A DNA stretch of 64,000 nucleotides from Candidatus Eiseniibacteriota bacterium (GCA_024276995.1 JAJRWB010000076.1:164-64163), one strand, 5' to 3'; positions 1 to 9,440 are shown, counted from the stretch's first letter. Notes: generated by a model from the letters alone, not told the origin. Numbers and translations: made by a program.

Positions 1-1165
1 CGCCGCGGTGAAGGAACGGGCCGTGGGGGAGGAGGTGCTCCGGAGCATCACCCCCGCCCAGCAACTAGTGAAGGTGGTGCACGCCGAACTCGTCGCCCTA
101 CTCGGCACGAGCGCCGTCCCGCTGAGGCTCGCATCCCAGCCCCCCACGGTGATTCTCCTCGCGGGGCTGCAGGGGAGTGGAAAGACCACCTTCGCGGCGA
201 AGCTCGCCCGACGCTATGGAAAGAAGGGGAAACGTTCCCGCCTCGTGGCGGCGGACGTCTATCGTCCCGCCGCGGCGGACCAGCTCGAACAGCTGGCGAA
301 GGAGGTCGATTGCACGATCACCCGCGGGGAGGAAGGCGAGCTTCCCGAGTCGATCGCCGCGAGGGCGGTCCGGAAGGCGCGCGGTGAACTGGCGGATCTC
401 GTGATCGTCGATACCGCCGGGCGGCTCCACGTGGACGACGAGCTGATGGCGGAGATCGACCGGGTGAACGAGGCGGTGAAACCCCACGAGAAGCTCCTCG
501 TCCTCGACGGGATGACCGGCCAGGACGCGGTAAACGTGGCCGCTGCGTTCGAGGAGCGTATCGGCATCGACGGCTTCGTGCTCACCAAGATGGACGGCGA
601 CGCCCGGGGCGGTGCGGCGCTCTCGATCCGGCACGTCACCGGCAGGCCGGTCAAGTTCGTCGGCACCGGCGAGGGGGTGGACGCCCTCGAGGAGTTTCAT
701 CCCGACCGGATGGCCGGCCGGATCCTCGGCATGGGCGACGTGGTGAGCCTCGTGGAACGGGCGGAACAGAGCGTCGACAGGGAGAAAGCGGTTGAACTCG
801 CTCAGAAACTGCGCCGGCGGGAGTTCACTCTCGACGACTTCGCGGGGCAGCTGAAGAGCTTAAGAAATATGGGCCCCCTCGATCAGATCCTGGGGATGCT
901 CCCCGGCGGGAACCGCCTGCCGAAGGGGGTCACTCCGGACGATCGGGCTCTCAGGAGAACGGAGGCGATCCTCTCCTCCATGACTCGACGCGAGCGTGGA
1001 GAGCCTGTGATTCTCAACGGGAGCAGGCGGAAAAGGATCGCCGCCGGGAGCGGAACTTCGGTTCAGGAGGTGAATCAGCTCCTCAAGCAGTATGATATGA
1101 TCCGAAAGATGATGAAGCGCGCCGGCAGGAAAGGCCGCCGGGGACGATTCCCCGTCGGTATGTGA
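1..1165 (+). CDS. ffh: Signal recognition particle protein Ffh, 5' partial. The N domain is truncated by the window edge and only the G and M domains are present.
   Basis: GLQGSGKTTFAAKLA is the SRP54-type GTPase P-loop. DTAGRLH and TKMDGDARGG motifs are present. The Met-rich M domain follows (MLPGGNRLPKG...MIRKMMKRAG). The P-loop sits only about 55 residues into the ORF, so the true start is upstream of the window. Confidence 0.95.
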   Translation, partial: AAVKERAVGEEVLRSITPAQQLVKVVHAELVALLGTSAVPLRLASQPPTVILLAGLQGSGKTTFAAKLARRYGKKGKRSRLVAADVYRPAAADQLEQLAKEVDCTITRGEEGELPESIAARAVRKARGELADLVIVDTAGRLHVDDELMAEIDRVNEAVKPHEKLLVLDGMTGQDAVNVAAAFEERIGIDGFVLTKMDGDARGGAALSIRHVTGRPVKFVGTGEGVDALEEFHPDRMAGRILGMGDVVSLVERAEQSVDREKAVELAQKLRRREFTLDDFAGQLKSLRNMGPLDQILGMLPGGNRLPKGVTPDDRALRRTEAILSSMTRRERGEPVILNGSRRKRIAAGSGTSVQEVNQLLKQYDMIRKMMKRAGRKGRRGRFPVGM

Positions 1166-1238
1166 AAGCGCCGCTCGGCAGTAGATCGGAACAGGGAGGG
1201 CGCCCCGCAGGGGGCGGCCCCGTGAAGGAGAAGAATTC

Positions 1239-1790
1239 GTGTCCGTAAAGATACGCCTCGCAAGACATGGAAGAAAGAAACGCCCCTTTTACAGGATCGT
1301 CGTCGCCGATTCCCGTTCCCCCAGGGACGGACGGTTCATCGAAGTGCTCGGCACGTACAACCCGATCCAGAACCCGGTACGCGTATCGGTCGATCAGTCG
1401 AAGGCATTCCGCTGGCTCGGGGAAGGCGCCGAGATGAGCACAACGGTGAAGAGCATCTTCCAGAAGTCGGGAGTGCTCTCCCGCTTCGCCGCCGCCCGGG
1501 GCGGAGAAGAGCTGCGCGACGAGGAAAAGAAAGTGGTCCTCGAGATTTTCGGCCATGAACTCGATGGTCACGGTTCGAAGCGGAAGGGGAAGAGGAAGGT
1601 CGCGACCGGACCGGCCGATGAAGCGACTCCTGTCGAGGCCGCGGGCGGGACCGAGTCGCCCGCCGAGCCGGCAGGCGAATCATCGGCGGCGGAAGCGCCG
1701 GCGGAAACCGCCCCGGAAACTCCGGCGGAAGGCGGTGAATCTTCAGCGGAGAGTGCGGCCGGTGATGAAGAGAAATCCTCAGACGAATAG
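1239..1790 (+). CDS. rpsP: 30S ribosomal protein S16 with a roughly 95-aa acidic, Ala/Pro/Glu-rich C-terminal extension.
   Basis: The N-terminus MSVKIRLARHGRKKRPFYRIVVADSRSPRDGRFIE.LGTYNP is canonical S16. It has a GTG start preceded by an AAGGAG ribosome-binding site. It lies between ffh and rimM as in the conserved operon. Confidence 0.9.
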   Translation: MSVKIRLARHGRKKRPFYRIVVADSRSPRDGRFIEVLGTYNPIQNPVRVSVDQSKAFRWLGEGAEMSTTVKSIFQKSGVLSRFAAARGGEELRDEEKKVVLEIFGHELDGHGSKRKGKRKVATGPADEATPVEAAGGTESPAEPAGESSAAEAPAETAPETPAEGGESSAESAAGDEEKSSDE

Positions 1791-1797
1791 GGAACAG

Positions 1798-2028
1798 ATG
1801 AAGGAAATGATCGAACACGTCGCCCGGATGCTGGTGGATGATCCGGAAAAAGTAGTCGTGCAGGAGAAGAAGCGGGAGGATCTTACCGTGTTCGAGCTGC
1901 GCGTGGACAAGCAGGATCTCGGAAGGGTGATCGGAAAGAACGGGCGCACCGCCCACGCGATCCGGTCGCTCCTCGGTATCCTTTCCGCGCGCGCCGGGGA
2001 ACGGGCGCTGCTCGAAATCGTCGAGTAA
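1798..2028 (+). CDS. KH-domain RNA-binding protein of the UPF0109/YlqC family.
   Basis: VFELRVDKQDLGRVIGKNGRTAHAIRSLL is a KH GXXG motif. An AGGGA ribosome-binding site lies 5 nt before the ATG at 1798. The rpsP-KH-rimM-trmD order is conserved. The six-frame ORF extends upstream, but that N-extension overlaps the rpsP tail and was not used. Confidence 0.8.
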   Translation: MKEMIEHVARMLVDDPEKVVVQEKKREDLTVFELRVDKQDLGRVIGKNGRTAHAIRSLLGILSARAGERALLEIVE

Positions 2029-2040
2029 GAGAGCCCTTCG

Positions 2041-2568
2041 ATGAGCACCGGGGATTGGATCGAAATCGGGGTGGTTGGGCGGCCGCACGGTGTGCGCGGC
2101 GAAATCCGGATTCACGTGTCACCCCGTTTTCGCGGGGCCGCCGCGCGACTCGATAGGCTCGCTCTGACTTCCGGCGAAGAGGGGAATTTCACGGCGGCGA
2201 AGATCGAATCGATCCGTGCCCATAACGATCTTTATCTCGTCGTTCTTGATATCGCCCCGGACAGGACGGCCGCCGCGGCGTTCACCGGCGCGGCGATCTT
2301 CGCCCGCGCCCCGGATCTCGAACGTGCAGGGGCGCGCGGACCCTTTCCGGAGCAACTCGTCGGTCTGGCGGTGCGCACCGAATCGGGTGAGCGGGTGGGA
2401 AGCGTCGACCGGATCGACGACTATCCGGCGGGCGATATGCTCGTCGTCCGCGACGGGGAGAAGGAGCATCTCATCCCGTCGGTCCCACAGATCGTCCTTT
2501 CCATCGATGTCGAGAAGGGTGAGGTCGTGATCCGGCCGATCCCCGGCCTTCTCGACCTTTCCTCCTGA
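2041..2568 (+). CDS. rimM: 16S rRNA processing protein RimM.
   Basis: The N-terminus IEIGVVGRPHGVRGEIRIHV is the RimM signature and a PRC barrel region follows at the C-terminus. Operon context supports the call. Confidence 0.9.
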   Translation: MSTGDWIEIGVVGRPHGVRGEIRIHVSPRFRGAAARLDRLALTSGEEGNFTAAKIESIRAHNDLYLVVLDIAPDRTAAAAFTGAAIFARAPDLERAGARGPFPEQLVGLAVRTESGERVGSVDRIDDYPAGDMLVVRDGEKEHLIPSVPQIVLSIDVEKGEVVIRPIPGLLDLSS

Positions 2569-2584
2569 AAAGACGGCGGAGCGG

Positions 2585-3286
2585 GTGATGCGATTCCACG
2601 TGGTAACGATTTTCCCCGAGATCTTTCCCGGTCCTCTCGCGGCGGGGGTGACCGGCAGGGCGATCGAATCGGGCGGAGTGACCATCGTGCCCGTCGACCT
2701 GAGAGAGTTCACCGACGACAAGCACAGAACGGTGGACGACACCCCCTACGGTGGCGGGCCGGGGATGGTGCTCAAGGTGGAGCCTCTCTTCCGCGCGGTG
2801 GAATCGATACGCCGGCGGACCGGCGCCGAAACGCCGGTGATCCTGATGACGCCGCAAGGGGAACCGCTCACCCATCGGATCGTTGCGGAGATCTCCTCGG
2901 GGGAGGAGTGGATTCTCGTCTGCGGGCGATACCGGGGCGTAGACCGGCGTTTCCGAGACGCCCTGGTCGACCGGGAGATCTCGGTGGGCGACTTCGTTCT
3001 TTCCGGCGGGGAGATCCCCGCCCTGGCACTGATCGACGCCGCGATCCGCCTTCTTCCCGGCGCGCTCGGCAACGACGATTCGTCGCGAGAAGACTCCTTC
3101 GCCCGGGAGGGGGGAGGACTCGATGGAGCGTGCTACACCCGGCCGGCGGAATACAGGGGCCGGAAAGTGCCGGGCGTTCTTCTCACGGGAAACCACGGAG
3201 AGATCGCCCGATGGCGCCGGGAGGAGGCGGCAGGGGAGACCCGCCGTCGCCGCCCCGATCTCGCTTTTCCCAAAGATGAAGATTGA
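2585..3286 (+). CDS. trmD: tRNA (guanine37-N1)-methyltransferase TrmD.
   Basis: MRFHVVTIFPEIF...DDTPYGGGPGMVLKVEP...GRYRGVDRR is a typical SPOUT TrmD sequence. Confidence 0.93.
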   Translation: MMRFHVVTIFPEIFPGPLAAGVTGRAIESGGVTIVPVDLREFTDDKHRTVDDTPYGGGPGMVLKVEPLFRAVESIRRRTGAETPVILMTPQGEPLTHRIVAEISSGEEWILVCGRYRGVDRRFRDALVDREISVGDFVLSGGEIPALALIDAAIRLLPGALGNDDSSREDSFAREGGGLDGACYTRPAEYRGRKVPGVLLTGNHGEIARWRREEAAGETRRRRPDLAFPKDED

Positions 3287-3311
3287 CACGGCGAGGGGAC
3301 CGGTCTAGAAT
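3283..3311 (+). promoter_or_regulatory. Near-consensus σ70-type promoter inside the operon, upstream of rplS.
   Basis: TTGACA at 3283-3288, a 17-nt spacer, then TAGAAT at 3306-3311. A GGGGAUCGGUUCCCC hairpin and an AAGGA ribosome-binding site follow in the leader before the rplS ATG at 3357. Confidence 0.5.
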
Positions 3312-3356
3312 GAAATGCTCGTTTGGGGATCGGTTCCCCGGTAAGGATGGTGAATC

Positions 3357-3716
3357 ATGGATATTCTGAGACAACTCGAATCGGACACTTTTCGGTCCGA
3401 CCTGCCCGACTTCGGCCCGGGCGATACGGTGAAAATCGGTGTGCGCGTGCGGGAGGGCGACAAGGAAAGGAAGCAGGTCTTCCAGGGGATCGTGATCCAG
3501 CGGCGCGGCGCGGGCCACTCCGAGACGTTCACGGTGCGGAAGATGAGCGGCGGTATCGGCGTGGAGCGCGTTTTTCCTCTCCAGTCGCCCACGGTGGCGT
3601 CCCTCGAAGTGGTGCGCCGCGGAAAGGTTCGAAGGGCGAAACTCTTCTACCTTCGCGATCGCGTCGGCAAGAAGGCCCGCGTGAAGGAGAAGAGAGGGAG
3701 TGCCCCGAGAGGCTGA
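3357..3716 (+). CDS. rplS: 50S ribosomal protein L19.
   Basis: The ORF spans the full length of typical L19 and follows trmD as in the conserved operon. The sequence [40 protein letters not shown] matches L19. Confidence 0.95.
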   Translation: MDILRQLESDTFRSDLPDFGPGDTVKIGVRVREGDKERKQVFQGIVIQRRGAGHSETFTVRKMSGGIGVERVFPLQSPTVASLEVVRRGKVRRAKLFYLRDRVGKKARVKEKRGSAPRG

Positions 3717-3828
3717 TTTCTCTCTTCCCGATCGGATCGTGACCCGGCTTGTCGGGGCGATCGATCGCGAGGCGGAGGGACTTCCGCCGCGAAGGCGGCC
3801 GGCCCGGCGGTTTTTTCACCCCCCCTGC

Positions 3829-4476
3829 ATGGAGGATCTTCTCCGGCGGAGGGGGTTTTCTTTTGTGGCGGGCGTGGATGAAGCGGGCCGCGGTCCCCTC
3901 GCCGGACCGGTGGTGGCGGCCGCCGTGGTACTCGATCCGGAGCGGCCGGTCGACGGCATCCGGGATTCGAAGAAGCTTACCCCCGTCGCGCGCCTCCGTC
4001 TTTGCCGCGAAATCCGCTCCGCCGCCCTCGGCGTCGGTATCGGCATGGTGGACGCCGAAGGGATCGACCGGTGGAACATCCTGTGCGCCACCGAAGAGGC
4101 GATGCGCCGCGCCGTGGAAGGTCTCGGCCGTCCGGTCGACTGGGTACTCGTCGACGGCGTTCGGCTCCGCCGTTTCCCCTACCGGCAGATCGCTCTCACC
4201 GGGGGCGACCGGCGCGTCCCGTCGATCGCCGCCGCCTCGATCGTGGCGAAGACGGTCCGCGACCGGCTGGTGGAAAGCTACCACCGTCTCTTTCCCATCT
4301 ATCGATTCGATCGGCACAAAGGTTACCCCACCGGGGAACACGGCCGCGCCGTTCTCCGGCATGGGCCGTCCCCGATTCACAGGAAATCGTTTCACGTACC
4401 GGGTGAGGAGGAGGAGAAGGAATGGGGAGAAACGAAATCGGAAGACGGGGGGAAACGATCGCCGCGGCATACCTGA
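3829..4476 (+). CDS. rnhB: Ribonuclease HII.
   Basis: FVAGVDEAGRGPLAGPVVAAAVVLD is the RNase HII active-site N-terminus. The start was chosen at the Met 14 residues before AGVDE, by analogy to E. coli RnhB. The six-frame ORF extends to 3700 but overlaps rplS. Confidence 0.88.
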   Translation: MEDLLRRRGFSFVAGVDEAGRGPLAGPVVAAAVVLDPERPVDGIRDSKKLTPVARLRLCREIRSAALGVGIGMVDAEGIDRWNILCATEEAMRRAVEGLGRPVDWVLVDGVRLRRFPYRQIALTGGDRRVPSIAAASIVAKTVRDRLVESYHRLFPIYRFDRHKGYPTGEHGRAVLRHGPSPIHRKSFHVPGEEEEKEWGETKSEDGGKRSPRHT

Positions 4477-4799
4477 GCCGTCTAGGATATATCATCGTCG
4501 AAAGGAATTTCCACTCCCGCCGGGGTGAAATCGATCTCGTGGCGACCGACGGCGACGAACTGGTTTTCGTGGAGGTTCGCTATCGATCGTCCGCGTGTCG
4601 CGGTTCGGCGCTGGAGACGGTCGATTTCCGAAAGAGGCGGAAGATCGTGAGCGCCGCGCGGTTCTATCTCGTCCGGCGCGGTGTCGGTCCGAAGCCGTGC
4701 CGTTTCGACGTGATCGCCCTTTCCCCGGGGGAAGAGGGGGCGGTCCGCGTGGAGCATCACCGGAATGCCTTCGACCGCGACGGACGGCCGTTCGGTTGA
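4422..4799 (+). CDS. yraN: YraN-family (UPF0102) endonuclease.
   Basis: GRRGETIAAAYLSRLGYIIVERNFHSRRGEIDLVATDGDELVFVEVRYR is a PD-(D/E)xK YraN sequence. A strong GGAGGAGGAGAAGGA ribosome-binding site precedes the start. It is the last gene of the operon. Confidence 0.85.
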   Translation: MGRNEIGRRGETIAAAYLSRLGYIIVERNFHSRRGEIDLVATDGDELVFVEVRYRSSACRGSALETVDFRKRRKIVSAARFYLVRRGVGPKPCRFDVIALSPGEEGAVRVEHHRNAFDRDGRPFG

Positions 4800-4975
4800 G
4801 AAGCGAGGAGGCGGGTGGTGGCCGGGCCGACGTCGGGCGGCTCGGCCGACTCCTTCTCTACCGACGGCTCCGGCGGCCGATAAGAGCGAAAGGGGAGGAA
4901 GATAGGGTATGCCGGATGGGGGGGATCGTGGTAAGATAGGGCGGCAGGTATGGTTATCTCCCCGATGGTGGACAA

Positions 4976-5632
4976 ATGCTTCCTTTTGCAAAGATGACGG
5001 GGACCGTTCTTTTCGCCGGCGCGCTATTGGTGACGGGGTGTTCGAAGAGCGGTACGACCGATCCGGGTGATGGAGGAGGCGGTGGTGAGACGCGCGACGC
5101 CGCGTACTACGTCGACCAGGGATGGGCGAGCTATGACGCCGGCGACTTCATCGACGCCCGATCGCAGTTCGAGAGGGCGCTCAACCTGGATTCCACCTAT
5201 GTGCCGGCCATCTCCGGGGGGGCGTGGACGAGCATCGAACTCGGTTACACCGGGTTGTCGCAAAGTGAATTCGAACGGGCCATCGCGGAGAGCAGCGGTT
5301 ATATCCCCGCCCATGGCGGCCGGGCGGTTACCTCTCACGCCGAGGCGCTCAACATCCCGCAGCTCGCTGCGGAACGCCTTCCGGTCACTATCGAGGCGGC
5401 GTCGAAAGTGCTCGAACTCGGCGGGGAGAACTGGCAGTTCGATCGAATCGAGTCGATCGATGCCCGGCATATGAGAGTACTTTTGGCGCTCACCTATTTC
5501 GAGATGGCGAAATACTCCGATGCCCAGGCGCAGATCGACATCCTCGATCCGGGGAACGGCCTCAACCCGGGCGATCCCGACTACACCCGCCTCCTTCTGA
5601 TCGAGATCGAGAACGAAAGGGACCAGCTTTGA
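4976..5632 (+). CDS. Hypothetical lipoprotein with a TPR-like helical region.
   Basis: A signal peptide with the lipobox LLVTGC is present, and a Gly-rich linker follows. Its stop overlaps the TTG start of the downstream LVIVD-repeat gene, suggesting co-translation. Confidence 0.5.
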   Translation: MLPFAKMTGTVLFAGALLVTGCSKSGTTDPGDGGGGGETRDAAYYVDQGWASYDAGDFIDARSQFERALNLDSTYVPAISGGAWTSIELGYTGLSQSEFERAIAESSGYIPAHGGRAVTSHAEALNIPQLAAERLPVTIEAASKVLELGGENWQFDRIESIDARHMRVLLALTYFEMAKYSDAQAQIDILDPGNGLNPGDPDYTRLLLIEIENERDQL

Positions 5633-8600
5633 ATCGGCGGGGTCCCGGTTTCGCCCTCCTGGCGTATCTCGTCCTCCTCCTTCCCGGGACGGCGGCGTCG
5701 GCGCCGGCCGCGGACGACACGGTGGCCGTGATCGGTATCGATCTTTACAACTCCCCGGTCGGTTCGGCCGAGAAAGACAGCGTCGATTTCGTCCTCTTCC
5801 CGGAAGGACTCACCCTTCTCGATATCGCGTCGGTCCGCTCTCCCGATTCGCTCATGCAGATCCCCCTTCCCGGCTCGGGAGGGGATGTCCGTGTTGTGGG
5901 AAATTACATGTATGTTGCCCGGGGGGAAGCGGGGCTTTTCACATTCGACATCACCGACCCTCGCGCCCCCTTTCCGGTGGACACGTTGGTGCCGGCGGGT
6001 ACGCTCGGCGAAATCGCGACGGGGAACGGCAGGCTCTACGTCCTGGACGGCAGTGGTCTTCTCTCCATCGGAATCGGAACACCGGACGCCCCGGTGTTGC
6101 AGTCCCGCTACGATCTTTCCGGCGACGTGGTGCACGGTCTCGCCGTGCGGGATACGGTCGCGCTGATCGGACTGGAAAGGGCGGGCCTGGTGCTTCTCAA
6201 CGTTTCTCATCCGTCGATGACCTTCCTGTCCGATCTCGAACTCGAGGGGATCGCCGCCCTCGGCGTGAGCGGGAACACCCTTTTCGTCGCCCTCGGCGCG
6301 GAGGGTCTCGTCACGGTCGATCTTGCCGATCCCGCCGCACCCGCCCTCGGTTCCGACGCCCATGTCACGGGCGATACGGTCACCGCTCTCGCGCCGGTCG
6401 ACTCGCTCCTCGTCGCCGCGACGGGGAGTCGCCGCATCAGTCTGTTCAAGGGGGACGATCTCGCCGCGGGATCGATCGTGGATGTGGACGTCGACGGCGC
6501 CGTGAGTCGACTCCTCCCGATCGACGGGGTCGTTCACGCCATGATCAGCGGGAGGGGAATCACCTTCATCGACGTGGTGGAACCGGAGGGGAGCACCTTC
6601 CTTTCGCTTTACGATGCTCCGAACTTGTGGATTCAGTCGGTCACCGCGTCGGGAGACACCCTCTTCGCCCCCGCCGGCGTGGACGGCGTTCAGATTCTGT
6701 CGGTGGCCGATCCGAGGAACATCGATTCCCTCGGCGTCGTATCTACGCCCGAAGGGGGGTTCGCCGCATCGGTCGCTGTTGTCGATTCGTTCCTCTGTGT
6801 GGCCGAGGGGAACAGCGGTATCGGCGTGTACCGTCGCACCGACGGAACGGAGGTCGCGCGGACGGGGATGAGCGGATCCGCGTCCCGGTTGATCATCGTG
6901 GAACAGACGTTGTATGCAACCTATGGATCGGCGGGACTGCTCACCGTGGATCTTTCCGATCCGATGGCGCCGATCGTCACCGATACCCTCGCCCCGTTCG
7001 CGGAGGACGGCGTTTTCCAGAATGTTTCCGCGGGCGGCGGCTTTCTTTTCAGCGCCGAGGGGGCGGGAGGTATCGGCGTGATCGAGATTTCCGATCCATT
7101 GCACCCGGTGACCGTCGGAAGCTGGCAGAGCAGTTCCTTCATCTCGGAAGTGGAGTACGCCTCGGGAACCGTTTTCGCGCTGCTGAGTGGGGAAGGCGTC
7201 GTGTCGATCGATATATCTGTACCCGGAACGCCGGTGGCCGTCGATACGGTCGCGATCGACGCGACCTTCCTTCGTTCCCTTTACATCTCGGGTGATCTCG
7301 CCTACGTCCTCGATTGGCGTGGCCCGTCCGAGCCGGGTCTAGGCTATCTCGTCTCCGTGACCGACCCGGCGGCGTTGCGCCTCTCGGGCACGTTCGAACT
7401 GGAGGGACCTCCCTCGGACGTCCTCTTCGCCGGAACGATCGCCCTCATATCCGAATCCGAGGTGGGCATCGAGGTGTTCACTACATTCGATGATTTCTCC
7501 GCCGTCCCGGTGGGCGATTTCGTGATGAGCTGGAACGTCTCCGCCGTGGCGACGTCGGAGCAGCGGATCCTCACCGCCGACAACGGGGGAACCGTCCGGT
7601 CGTACGTCGTCTTCCAGGGAGACTCTCTCGCGCGGCGCGCCTCGGTGAACCTGGGGGGGACGGTGACCGATCTGGTCACCGATGACCGGCGGGCCTTCGC
7701 TCTTCTCGACGATGGAAGGATCGCGCAGCTCGATGTGTCCAACAGTTTCGCCATCGCCCTCGACCGATGGATCGACGCCGGCGAGTCCCCTTCCGGGCTT
7801 TTCCTCGCCGACTCGCTCCTTTACGTCGCGGCCCGCGGCGAAGGGTTGATGATCTATGACGTATCGCCAGCCGACTCCGCGGTGCGCGTGGGCACGTATC
7901 TCGCCGGAGGGGAGGGGGACGGCGACCTGGGGAGCGCGAAGGCTCGTCGCGTCGTGGTGCAGGACAGTATCGCCTACGTCGTCACCCGCGACGTGACGAA
8001 CACACTCTTTCTGATCGATGTTTCCGATCCGAGTCACCCGCTGTTCCTCTCGACCTTCGGCAACGGGTCGAAAAGGGCGTTCGATGTGGCGGTCTACAAG
8101 GGCTACGCCTATCTCGCCCGCCGGGCGGCGGGAATCTCGGTGGTCGATGTGAGGACGCCGGAAACGCCCTTGGCCACCGCCGATCTCAACACATCGGTCA
8201 ATTCGATACGCCTTCTCGCGGTGGACGACATCCTCTTCGTCGCCGACAGGATGGACGGCGTGTCGTTCGTGAGCATCCGGGACGTGTCGAATATCACCGA
8301 GGTACGCGAGGAAGACACCCCCGGCAACGCCAGGGATCTCGCCCTGTTCGGTACCTATCTTTGCGAGGTGGACGGAAGTTCTTTCCGTGTCTATCTGCAA
8401 AGCTTCGCCAACGTCGACGACATCCCGCCGACATACGGCATCGGCGTCCTCCAGAGCACCTTCCTGAACGCCTACCTCGACTTCATCATCGTCGGTTCCG
8501 AAGTGCTCGCCGAGAGGCCGGAGATCCGTTTCGAGATGGGAGATATCGATTCGCTTCTCACCACTCTCAACGTGGACGTACAGAGGAATACGTTTCACGC

Positions 8601-9375
8601 CACGTACAGGCTCACCTCCGTCGGCACGGGAAAGGTGACCGTCAACGGGGAGGACCTGTCGGGGAACAAGTCGGAGGCGAGCAAGAATTTCTCCGTATCG
8701 ATCGCCCGCGGAGCGAAGGGGGGGACGATCACAGCCTCTTCCGCGAAGCTGATGATCACCGTGCCTCCCGGGGCGACGTCGAAAGATACCTATATCACCC
8801 TCGTGCCGGTGGCGCTCGATGAACTGCCTCCGGGCGACGCGCCCGCCGTCGACGTGGCCGGCGGGCCGTTTCGCCTTTCTCTGGGCGCGGCCGAAGGGGG
8901 CGCGCGACTCGCCTGGTCCGGCTTCGACGATCCGCCGGCGGGAAAAGAGCCGCGCCTCCACCTTCTCGGGAGTTCGACCTGGACGCCTGTGGAAGGTGTT
9001 TTCGACGCCGCGACCGGGACGCTTCGGGCGACCCTTCCCGGGTCGTCCACGTTTCTCGTGTCGTACGGTGCCGCGACCGGGACGCTCCCGGTCCCCTTGG
9101 CGATCCGGCTCGACCGGAACAGGCCGAATCCATTCAACCCGGTCACGACGATCGACTTCCACCTGACGCGTCGCGCGGTGGTGCGTCTCGAGATCTATGA
9201 CATCACCGGAAGGATCGTCCGCCGCCTCGTGGACGGCACCGTCCCCGCCGGCACGACGAGCGTCGTCTGGGACGGACGCGACCGATCCGGCCGCCCGGCG
9301 CAAAGCGGCGTTTACTTCTCCCGCCTTCGCGTGGAAAACCAGAGCCGTACGGGAAAGCTGATCTTGATCCGATAG
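5629..9375 (+). CDS. Secreted LVIVD-repeat β-propeller protein (1248 aa) with a Por/T9SS-type C-terminal sorting domain.
   Basis: A signal peptide is followed by at least seven LVIVD-type repeats (GLFTFDITDPRAP, GLVLLNVSHPSMT, GLVTVDLADPAAP, GLLTVDLSDPMAP, GIGVIEISDPLHP, LFLIDVSDPSHP, ISVVDVRTPETP). The C-terminus is NRPNPFNPVTTIDFHL...LEIYDITGRIVRRLVDG...WDGRDRSGRPAQSGVYFSRLRVENQSRTGKLILIR. The TTG start has an AAAGGGA ribosome-binding site. Confidence 0.75.
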   Translation: MNRRGPGFALLAYLVLLLPGTAASAPAADDTVAVIGIDLYNSPVGSAEKDSVDFVLFPEGLTLLDIASVRSPDSLMQIPLPGSGGDVRVVGNYMYVARGEAGLFTFDITDPRAPFPVDTLVPAGTLGEIATGNGRLYVLDGSGLLSIGIGTPDAPVLQSRYDLSGDVVHGLAVRDTVALIGLERAGLVLLNVSHPSMTFLSDLELEGIAALGVSGNTLFVALGAEGLVTVDLADPAAPALGSDAHVTGDTVTALAPVDSLLVAATGSRRISLFKGDDLAAGSIVDVDVDGAVSRLLPIDGVVHAMISGRGITFIDVVEPEGSTFLSLYDAPNLWIQSVTASGDTLFAPAGVDGVQILSVADPRNIDSLGVVSTPEGGFAASVAVVDSFLCVAEGNSGIGVYRRTDGTEVARTGMSGSASRLIIVEQTLYATYGSAGLLTVDLSDPMAPIVTDTLAPFAEDGVFQNVSAGGGFLFSAEGAGGIGVIEISDPLHPVTVGSWQSSSFISEVEYASGTVFALLSGEGVVSIDISVPGTPVAVDTVAIDATFLRSLYISGDLAYVLDWRGPSEPGLGYLVSVTDPAALRLSGTFELEGPPSDVLFAGTIALISESEVGIEVFTTFDDFSAVPVGDFVMSWNVSAVATSEQRILTADNGGTVRSYVVFQGDSLARRASVNLGGTVTDLVTDDRRAFALLDDGRIAQLDVSNSFAIALDRWIDAGESPSGLFLADSLLYVAARGEGLMIYDVSPADSAVRVGTYLAGGEGDGDLGSAKARRVVVQDSIAYVVTRDVTNTLFLIDVSDPSHPLFLSTFGNGSKRAFDVAVYKGYAYLARRAAGISVVDVRTPETPLATADLNTSVNSIRLLAVDDILFVADRMDGVSFVSIRDVSNITEVREEDTPGNARDLALFGTYLCEVDGSSFRVYLQSFANVDDIPPTYGIGVLQSTFLNAYLDFIIVGSEVLAERPEIRFEMGDIDSLLTTLNVDVQRNTFHATYRLTSVGTGKVTVNGEDLSGNKSEASKNFSVSIARGAKGGTITASSAKLMITVPPGATSKDTYITLVPVALDELPPGDAPAVDVAGGPFRLSLGAAEGGARLAWSGFDDPPAGKEPRLHLLGSSTWTPVEGVFDAATGTLRATLPGSSTFLVSYGAATGTLPVPLAIRLDRNRPNPFNPVTTIDFHLTRRAVVRLEIYDITGRIVRRLVDGTVPAGTTSVVWDGRDRSGRPAQSGVYFSRLRVENQSRTGKLILIR

Positions 9376-9440
9376 ATAACAGTCCGGTGAAGGGCTTTTC
9401 GTCCGGCGGCGCCCCGCCGTGGGAGATAGGAAAAGCGAAC

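Noticed and set aside
4800-4975. A possible terminator or hairpin after yraN (GCCGGGCCGACGUCGGGCGGCUCGGC).
   Set aside because: The inverted repeat is imperfect and there is no U-tract. It is not convincing enough to call.
7339-9303. A 654-aa minus-strand ORF inside the LVIVD gene. Several similar ORFs exist (5581..7104, 21637..23031, 30496..33516, 34931..35842, 57408..58904 and others).
   Set aside because: They are Arg/Gly/Asp-rich low-complexity translations antisense to well-supported genes. Stop-codon depletion in 70% GC DNA generates them.
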